A DNA stretch of 64,000 nt, taken from the NCBI RefSeq assembly GCF_031769215.1, contig NW_026782134.1, forward strand, positions 124,001-188,000. Direction: 5' to 3'. The translations under genes and the position numbers were made by a program. This document shows positions 38,501-46,900 of this stretch, one piece after another (the first letter of the stretch is position 1; each line of letters begins with the position of its first letter). The notes beneath the pieces are model-generated. The model did no database searches and was not told the DNA's origin. It saw nothing but the letters and a program-made list of their open reading frames with translations. This DNA comes from Ylistrum balloti (lineage: Eukaryota).

Positions 38501-39837
38501 AATCCCAGGTTGCCAACAGAAAATGCAGTCTTTTCCTTATCGCTTTCCTCGACCTCAACCTGCCAGTAACCGGACCGGAGGTCTAACTTTGAAAAATAAC
38601 GGGCACCATTAAGGGTATCTACCGTGTCATCAAAGCGAGGAAGCATGTACGCATCTTTTCTTGTGCGTGAATTCAGCATACGGTAGTCGATGCAAAATCT
38701 AAGGCTCCCATCTTTTTTTCGTACAAGTACGACATTTGAAGAGAAGGGACTTGTAGATTCGCGTATCACGCCACCATCAAGCATTTCCTTGATGTGCTGT
38801 CGAACTTCTTCGTACATACCGGGTGGTATTTTACGATACGGCTGTTTAAATGGCCGCTCATCAAGAAGTTCGATCTTGTGTTTAACAACGTTCGTCGCAC
38901 CCAAGTCAAATTGGCTTTTGGAGAACGCTTGTTCCCAATTACCCAACACTTGCCGAACCCGTAACAACTGCTCTTCGGTGAGGTTTGTTTTGTCGATGTA
39001 ACAGCCAAGTTCTTCAGGCAATGACAACTTTTCTTCCCTAACAGTAGGGAGATCTGAGGCCAGATTATCGACTACTTTCACTTGTTGGACAGTACAAAGT
39101 ACAGTACGTAGACTCAACACAACTGGTTTAGCTGAGGTATTACACAGCTTAACCGGTACTTTAACATTAACTGAATTTTGTTTAAACTTCACCACACGAG
39201 GACAAACAGTATATCTAAGAGCAGAGTTATCCTGGTTCTCTGTGACTAGATCAGTAATATTTGGATCCAATCCTCGTGCTATACCGTTTAAAACAATAGT
39301 GGCATACGGAGCGATAGTAACAGGCTTTTTACTTAACATTCTCACTGCATACGAGCAAGAAACACTGTTTACTGCAGCTCTCCATTCATTAGGTAACAAC
39401 GAATCACCAATGGTAACCTCCTTAACTAGGCGGATAACATTAGTACCTAGTATAACAGGACATTTACTGTTGTAGTCAGTATCAGGCACAACCAGCATAA
39501 GCACATTAAACACTTGATTTGACATGAATGGTATTGTAATTTCACATTCAATATAGCCTAAGTAGTTCAAGTTAGAACCATTAGCTACTGTGACTTGTAA
39601 TCCAAGTGTCTCTAATTCCTTAAGTTCAGGTCTGTCATGTAAAGTTTTGTAAAATCTTTGTGACATAGTAGATACCATAGATCCACTGTCAATCAAGGCT
39701 TTGACCTTTTGACCTTCAACAAAAACTTGGCTCTCATTTGATACACCTAATAATCTATCTAATATTTCGTGACCTTGGCCTTTTGACTTTTGTGAAGTCT
39801 CTGCGTGGCCAGTGGCAGAGACTAGTCCAAGTTTTTT
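35599..39837 (-). CDS. pol: Gypsy pol (protease, RT, RNase H, integrase), split by two single-site frameshifts in homopolymers
   Basis: Protease ALIDSGS; RT FCIDYR, KLDLRSGYWQ, FLDD; RNase H LHTDAS, KLEFLAL, TDNNPL; integrase HDDVGH..CGRC, CIDF, HSDQG, GAAERFNR, EPYRV. The frame opens at 39837, right after TGA 39840-39838. Frameshifts at 37943-37945 and 36585-36592 join ORFs 37933-39696, 36440-37975 and 35599-36750. Confidence 0.95.
39776..39837 (-). promoter_or_regulatory. -1 programmed ribosomal frameshift signal between gag and pol
   Basis: Slippery heptamer A AAA AAC at 39837-39831, 7-nt spacer, and a 9-bp stem AGTCTCTGC/GCAGAGACT. Pol is in the -1 frame relative to gag. Confidence 0.9.
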
Positions 39838-41000
39838 TCACTATTCTTAGCCTTGTCTTTTTTATTCCAGCGGCCTCGAGACTTGTTATAACCACCGCGA
39901 CCTTGACCTTTGTTATGACCTGACCCTTGACCAGATTTCTTACCTTGACCTTGACCTGAGGACTGACCAAGTTTGTTTAAAATTTTATCAAGCTTACCCT
40001 GTATTTGGGAGCTAAGCTTGTCTTCCAAGTTTTTCAGTTTTTTATCAAACTGTTTTTCTATCTCAGCTATGGAAGCTGTTTGCTGGTCAGATTCAACACT
40101 AACTGAATGCTGGTGTCCTTTCTTACCATGACTAGAACCAGAAGAAGTATTAGAGATATTTAACTCTTTCTCTACCAGCCGGATTTCTCTTAACAGTGTG
40201 TCAAAACTGGCTATTGCGTCATACTTATGACGAGTTTGGCTTTTTAGTTTGTCTGAACTTAACGAAGTCCAAAACTTATGACGTAATAGGTCATTTTTAG
40301 CCGACTTGTGCAATGAGCCATCTTCCACTGCAATCTGGAGTAAAGACTCCAATCTGCAACCAAATGCAGTTGCCGATTCACCGGACTTCTGTTTAGAATT
40401 TAAAAATTCTTGCATGATCATGCCATGCGTAGAAATGTCCTTAAAAAGAGAATCTAATTTATTTAAAATTTCATCAGGAGAAGCCTTCTCGCCCACAGTG
40501 AGTAAAATTCTCCGTGCTGTACCACGGAGAGATCTCCTAATTGCCTGTACAATACTGCCCTGAGATATATCTGGGTCCCTAAGCAGACATCTAATCTCAA
40601 AACGCCATTCAGCGTATGACACATCGGCTTTGAGAGGTGGTTCCTCCCCAGAAAATTGGGGTATTTTAGGAACATGGTGTGTACCATAGGTGACAGATGA
40701 ACTCGAGGCTGATGTGTGGTTGGGGTTTGCCAACTCCTCATAGGGAGTGGCCTGACTAGTACCCACAAATTTAAATTCATGTTTAACAGGATTGGGAGGC
40801 TTGGGTGTACTAGCCGGGGGTACAATTTTGTATTTTCCCAGCTTGGCTAAAGCCTCTATCATTTGTTCCTCAGTCATTGTGAGGTCACCCTCGTGTACAT
40901 CACCCTCCTCCTTCAAATCCTTATCCCCTATAGGGGCTTGATCCGTAGGAGTTTTAGCCTTAGGGATTTCTTTTGTAGGGGGTACTCCGTTAGCAGCCAT
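39822..41000 (-). CDS. gag: Gypsy gag, PNMA/Ma-like capsid, 392 aa, no CCHC knuckle
   Basis: ATG at 41000 (the ORF-track start at 41048 is TTG). IPQFSGEE..SYAEWRFEIRCLL and IRRSLRGTA resemble PNMA-type capsid motifs. Coiled-coil-like segment followed by a Gly/Gln/Lys/Arg-rich tail. Confidence 0.9.
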   Translation of the reverse strand: MAANGVPPTKEIPKAKTPTDQAPIGDKDLKEEGDVHEGDLTMTEEQMIEALAKLGKYKIVPPASTPKPPNPVKHEFKFVGTSQATPYEELANPNHTSASSSSVTYGTHHVPKIPQFSGEEPPLKADVSYAEWRFEIRCLLRDPDISQGSIVQAIRRSLRGTARRILLTVGEKASPDEILNKLDSLFKDISTHGMIMQEFLNSKQKSGESATAFGCRLESLLQIAVEDGSLHKSAKNDLLRHKFWTSLSSDKLKSQTRHKYDAIASFDTLLREIRLVEKELNISNTSSGSSHGKKGHQHSVSVESDQQTASIAEIEKQFDKKLKNLEDKLSSQIQGKLDKILNKLGQSSGQGQGKKSGQGSGHNKGQGRGGYNKSRGRWNKKDKAKNSEKNLD

Positions 41001-41233
41001 AACTACCAGGTATGTGATAATGAACAATAAAATAACACCAGTAAACAACTACCAGTGTATAATGTTACTACACAAGTAATGAAATACGGTAGAAGTAAGG
41101 AAGTGAATGAGCTACTGTTCAGTGCATTCATAATACAAATTGCATAATAAGAAAAACATACAATAGAAAATTCAGAACACTGTGGTTGGGGAGCCCCCTA
41201 CCTACAAGTGCACATGAATGTAAATAAATGATC

Positions 41234-41932
41234 TCAACAACAATCACTGAACACTTTGGTAACGAGTCGCTTCATCCAAAACCTTGCTAATACCGGTTTC
41301 GGGTGGATCCCATCTTTAAATAAAGAAAAATTAACACTAGGCTTGCGACCTGCTCGCTTATACTGGAGCAAATCACATTTAAAATTGAGTGAGTGCACAC
41401 CTTCCTTGATATATGCGTTCAAATACTCGATACGCCGTTCTAAAATCACATCAAGTTGTGCAAAAGATTCAGGGTTTGCATGGCCCTTGTAAGTATTCCA
41501 AATTTGAATGGAGTATGGTGGTATCTCCAAAAATACAAGTTTGACTGTTTTAAATTTAGAAACAAATGAAACAAATTTATCGATATTAAATTTTAAATAT
41601 GTAAAACATTCCTCATCAGTACTGTGACTCAAATCAATGAATGGACCAGTTTTTGTAGTAATATCACAAGTACCCAACCAAATGTAAAGTAAAATAGAAC
41701 CATGCTTGTGAACAATACCTGATAAATTTCTGGTAAGCCAATTATAGGTTTGATCAAATCGAGCACCAGCTTTACAATAAAAGTCAATTGAAAATCCGAA
41801 ATTTTCAATAATATCCAAATGAGGCCTTAAAGAAAATCCTTTGCTACTCGACACTAAAACTGGTTGGTATTTTAGTGAACCCGGTGCTTCCAAAGGCTTA
41901 TCAATAAACTGTTTAAGTTTACTCAAACTCAT
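41234..41932 (-). CDS. Element-borne 232-aa protein with SGNH/GDSL hydrolase-like motifs
   Basis: Intact ATG-to-TGA ORF inside the LTRs, same strand as gag-pol. Block I-like VLVSSSKG (Ser30), block II KAGA (Gly56), block III IWLGTCD (Cys89 in place of Asn), block V DGIH (Asp207/His210). The fold assignment is from motifs only. Confidence 0.8.
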   Translation of the reverse strand: MSLSKLKQFIDKPLEAPGSLKYQPVLVSSSKGFSLRPHLDIIENFGFSIDFYCKAGARFDQTYNWLTRNLSGIVHKHGSILLYIWLGTCDITTKTGPFIDLSHSTDEECFTYLKFNIDKFVSFVSKFKTVKLVFLEIPPYSIQIWNTYKGHANPESFAQLDVILERRIEYLNAYIKEGVHSLNFKCDLLQYKRAGRKPSVNFSLFKDGIHPKPVLARFWMKRLVTKVFSDCC

Positions 41933-42952
41933 TAATGAAATTAATATATGGTATAATATAAAAAGTTTTTACAGCACAACTGAACGAGTAGAACTTCAAA
42001 CTTTAAATCTATAATATCCTCCCAGCAAGATGTACTGAACACTTCAGTAATGAAATGCACTAGTAATGAAATAATGACCGTAATTCACATGGACAATCAC
42101 AAACAAATGACAAGACACTAATTACTCACTGTACCTTGATCTCTCATTCTGATGATTGCGAAGGTGGGGAAAAAGCGTGCAGGGAAACACAATAATGAAT
42201 ATAATGGCAGAGTCAACAGGTCCTATTGCTACACAGGTGTCCCTCACAGGTCCCTGGTACTTACAAACATCTTGCTTCTTTCACTTTTCCAGATGTACAA
42301 AATACATGCAGATATAGCCTACAATACAATTACATAAATTAGAAATAAATTCATGAAATTATACATTATCAAGGAGAAAATTGATGAAACTATGCGAAAT
42401 TCAGTAAAATTATAAAATGTCCAATGGAATGATTATTTGACTACAATTACCAGACTGATTACATATACATATAGAAATTCATTATATAGAGTCCTTTAAA
42501 ATTATTAGAAGCACATTTCAACAAATTTGACAATATCTAGTCCTTTAGTCTCAAAGAAACTTTAAAGATGAATGTTTTTCACAACAATGACGAATTAAAC
42601 AGCCTTCCGACGTCGAATCTACTCGAAGTTAGCAGTTTAGTCAAAGCACAAACACACACAGGTACATGTACACATTGACATCCCATGGCCTGGCCGGTAC
42701 AAATGTTAATTATTACCAGTAACCAAGAATTTTAAAATTCGGCTCACAAGCAGGCATCTAATTTTGGTTTTTACCACAATCCGTATAGGCACACAGCGCT
42801 TGACATCCTATTCTAGGTACATCTTGTACACCAATATTGCAACGTTAGCGTACACGCGTACGTGTGTCGCAGGTCGCACATATGGCCATCTTACGAGGCT
42901 ACTTCCCATACCATCCATTACAGTCTCTGGTTCCTAATTACAATGGAAATTT

Positions 42953-42965
42953 ACGTTGGGCGCCA
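42953..42965 (-). promoter_or_regulatory. Primer-binding site complementary to the 3' end of tRNA-Lys(CUU) (Lys1,2 type)
   Basis: Minus strand TGGCGCCCAACGT lies 1 nt inside the 5' LTR and equals the first 13 nt of the known Lys1,2 PBS TGGCGCCCAACGTGGGGC. Confidence 0.9.
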
Positions 42966-42966
42966 T

Positions 42967-43429
42967 TGTAACCCTTCAGCTCTTTAGTGATGAGACGACT
43001 CAAAAGTTTGGTACTTCCATTTAATCAATAATTAAGAAAACCTACAACATAATAAATACGAAACTAAGGAACTTACTTTTACTTTCGTTGTAGGGACACA
43101 TGATATACATTTAACTGTCGCGACAATATAAATTGGTTTGAAATATTTGATTATTTCCTAAGACTTACCAGAGACCCATGAGGTACGTGGCACAGCTGTC
43201 TCTAAGAGTCTTGATCATGATCGTCCAGCAGTCAGATGGAAAGTGACTGGTAGTGGACGTGAACAGGGCTTTGGTATGTGTGCAGGGTGGCGTGAGTACG
43301 TAAATACCCGTGCAACATACACTCTTCATACAAACTTCATACTAGTTATGACACGAGCACAGGACAGATATTATGTACGTAAACATAAATAGCTTAGTGC
43401 ATTGAGTACATTGAGTAGACCCTGTTTTC
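42967..43429 (-). repeat. 5' LTR of the Gypsy element (463 bp; outer end altered)
   Basis: Near-identical to 34601-35066. Ends CCCTGTTTTC on the + strand instead of CCCTGTTACA. Confidence 0.97.
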
Positions 43430-43915
43430 AAAACAGTATACAGGATTGATTCAGATCATGGTGCTGAGTATGTCTTCAACAGAATTGCGGGATTTTTAAA
43501 TCGAAGCTTTCAGGTTTTAAATTGATCAGTTTTATTTAATCAATATGTTATGAGAATAAGAAGACACAACTTACACTCCATAATGTGTATTAAGTATCTA
43601 GATGTCTCTCTGCTGTTCAATTTAGAACTATTATACATTATAAAGAAGTTATCATCGGATGCTTATCAAATACATCTAAGTAAACAATCTGTTAAATCAA
43701 CTAAGATGAAAACGCTTTTACATGATTTATCAAACAAAATTATAGTTAATGTGGTTTTCGGCAACCGTGCTTCAGCCGATTAGATCTCCACCACTATGTT
43801 CTCTCAAGCGTCTCACCAGTACAATATTTCTTATGACCTGCTGTTTCCAGACGAGGCTAACGGAGTTATCCTACTGATACTGAAAACAGCAAGGCGTTGC
43901 ACAGATCACCTCAAA

Positions 43916-46900
43916 ATGAGTCTAGACAATATTTTGATAAAGCTTGGAGAATTCGGCAAGTACCAAAAGCTTGTTTTGACATTAACATGCGTTAGTTCCG
44001 TGTCTGTTGGATTGTATGGCGTGATGTCAGTGATATTTCTGAATACTCCACAGCACAGGTATGTTGTTATAGCAGTCCATATACATCTCGCATCGATAAT
44101 GAATGCCCTATTTTTCTACAAGGCTGTACGAACTTAGTGAACTGTATCGCATTCATTTTAGCTTCGTTATGATATCTTTTATTGAATGGAAAAGATTGTA
44201 GGTACAAAACATAAAATGTGGTATTTTAATATAGTATTGGATCAAATATACTAAATAGAACAGTTTTTCCCCAAGCCATGGTGGCTGGTTATCATGGAAA
44301 AATACACTTAAACGAGAGAGGAGAGGAGGAAATCTACTGGGAAAGTTGTCAAATTTATTCGATATAGGTTCCTGATAGAATTATATATAATAGCAAGTTA
44401 TACGAAAGTTCTATCATTGATCATCTTTGTCAGTTATGAAAATTGTCACCATTTTATTACTGTAGGTAATGGTGACATCACGTTATTACAAGTATTTGAA
44501 TACACCCGCTGGATTGATCGCTTTGCATCGTTCCATATAGTTCCCACATCAATTATATTAAAAGTCTATCAAGAAAAGGCACGATTGCAAATTCGTTTTT
44601 TATTTTTCAGTATCAATATATATTTCCTATGTTGTTGAAATATATGTGATTTAACAGGTGTAAAATTCCTGGTCTTGGGAATGACACGTACGATATACAC
44701 AGTGCCTATCAACAGAATCTCGTCAACAACTACATACCCCCATCGGATGATGCCTCCCATGACTATGATCAGTGCCATCTGTACTCGTTTGATTACAACA
44801 ATGTCAAGTTCGACAACTCCAGCAGACCGATCAATGCTTCACTAGTTAAATGCAATGAATGGGTATACAGCGAATCCATATTTGTAGAAACGTTCACGTC
44901 AAAGGTAGTATCTCCTTGAATGTAATTGTTGTTTTCAATATAATATATATCAGCTTCCATATAGAATATAATGTTTTAATCCAATTTCTAAATTACATCT
45001 GCAATAGCATATTCTCCATGTCTTCAAACACCTATGTATTACTGATGGTTAAAATTGACGTTGACCTAAAGACCGATTCTTCATCAGTTACTTGCAGATA
45101 GATAAATAATTTATATCATACATATAGATAAGTGTTAATTTCAGTATATGGGACATTTGTGTGTATACATCACAACAATGCCCGTGGACGTCACATATCC
45201 ACGTACAACTAGGTTTATTTTATATTGCAGTATAATATCGTGTGTGAAAATGCCCACATAACTTCGTTAATCAAGTCTCTCTTCTTCGTCGGCAAATTCC
45301 TAGGAGCTTTCGTGTTTGGTACTCTCTCAGATTCGTAAGTGGTTGTCTTTTTCACCTTGTGTTAATGGATCTAAGTCAATTCCATTTCATTTCATTTGCA
45401 TTGACGTCTCAAGAACATTTCATTAGAATACTATATCATTTCCTTATGAAAGTTCCTTATTTTTCAGAATTGGACGGAAAAAGACATTTTACATCTCGTT
45501 GTTGATGTTTTTCGGCATTGCATTCGGTTCTTCGTGGTCTTCCTCACACATCATATACGCGGTCCTAACTGTGGGGATTGGTGCTACTACACAGGGTGTC
45601 TTTATTGTGGGGTTTGTTCTCGGTAAAGCATATATTATACACTTTATAAATGGTTTGTGTCCCTCGTTTTCTGTTTTCTGTCGACTTATTTTTTTTTAAA
45701 ACAAGAGCTTATCAATTTGACAATGTCCTTTTCTTTATGACTGTAAACATATATTTTTACACCAAATTATTTCAGGAATATTGGATATATTTGCGGTAAA
45801 CATGTTTTTTTTACGTTTGCAGGTGTGGAAGTAGTTGGTCCATCAAAAAGGAAATTAGCTGGTATGATTATGCAGTATTCTTTCGCCATTGGGTTAGTGG
45901 CCCTAGCTTGTGTGAGCTACTTAGCCAGACATTGGTTTTACATCAATATTATTTGTTCGGCGCCTGCTGCAATCTTCCTGTTTTACTGGTGGTATGTATA
46001 TGAAGAATAGCCATCTTCATATAGCATTTTGTGTTTGTTTAAATGAAGAATTACATAGTAACAAGTGAAACAATTGTTTAAAACCGCATCCATCAAGAGT
46101 TGTTGCTTTATGTTTAACAATGTTTACTGTTCACTTAATATGTTTTTATAAATAGGCTTATTCCCGAGTCCCCTCGTTGGTTGATTACTAAACAGCGGTA
46201 TGAAGAAGCCAACGTTATTCTGCAGAAGATAGCTAAGATCAACAAAGTTGCAATAAAACGGGACATGTTCGATAATATCATGGAGACTGAACCAGCCGGA
46301 AGGATATGGCAACTTTTCTCTTCAAGGGTCATGTTTCTGCGTACAATCATCATCCTCTTCAATTGGCAAGTGAAAAAATATAAAGGGACATCACGGTATA
46401 AACATTAATTATGTGATTGATTGAACGTGTTTTATACTTTTCCATTTACGTTTTTATGATATCCCGATATTCACAGTCGATTTTCAATGGCCAGCTTCAA
46501 CACTTCTTTGGTTTGGGAAACCTTCCTCAATTTCAACAATGATAACGTAATAGTTTTTAAAACGAGGCAGTTTATTTTGTAAATACGAACACATGATGGC
46601 GCGCAGTTATGACAACGGCAGTAGAGATGCAGTAATTAAAATCCCGTTTTCAACACCGCATTTTCTTATGGGTATGACAAATGTTATTTGATAAATCTAA
46701 GCTATTCAGCACTATTACGAAATAAGTGACATGAATAACTAACATTCCACGACGAGTAGGGCGGGCGACGGATTTATCTTTTATAATTATTGTTTATGCC
46801 CTTAATGCGCATGTTCCAGCGAAAACAAATTGTTATTGTTCATAAGGTGATAATGAAAAAGATCAGTAAATCGTTATTGTTTCACCGTGATGTCGCTTTA

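Larger units (their letters stand above)
34601..43429 (-). mobile_element. Full-length Ty3/Gypsy LTR retrotransposon (8.8 kb) with an extra SGNH-like ORF upstream of gag
   Basis: Paired LTRs, PBS, PPT, gag and PR-RT-RH-IN pol in Gypsy order, all on the minus strand. Confidence 0.97.

Noticed and set aside
36421-40563. Plus-strand ORFs antisense to gag-pol (for example 38270-38569, 38690-39001, 40306-40563)
   Set aside because: Short shadow ORFs expected opposite long coding frames; no motifs.
41001-41048. Hydrophobic N-terminal extension of gag (MFTGVILLFIITYLVV) that looks like a signal or membrane anchor
   Set aside because: The ORF-track start is TTG, not ATG, and the segment is simply T-rich UTR. 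The first ATG is at 41000.
42852-42867. Near-palindrome ACACGCGTACGTGTGT in the element leader, a possible dimerisation signal
   Set aside because: On the element's sense strand it contains A-C mismatches; too weak without comparative data.
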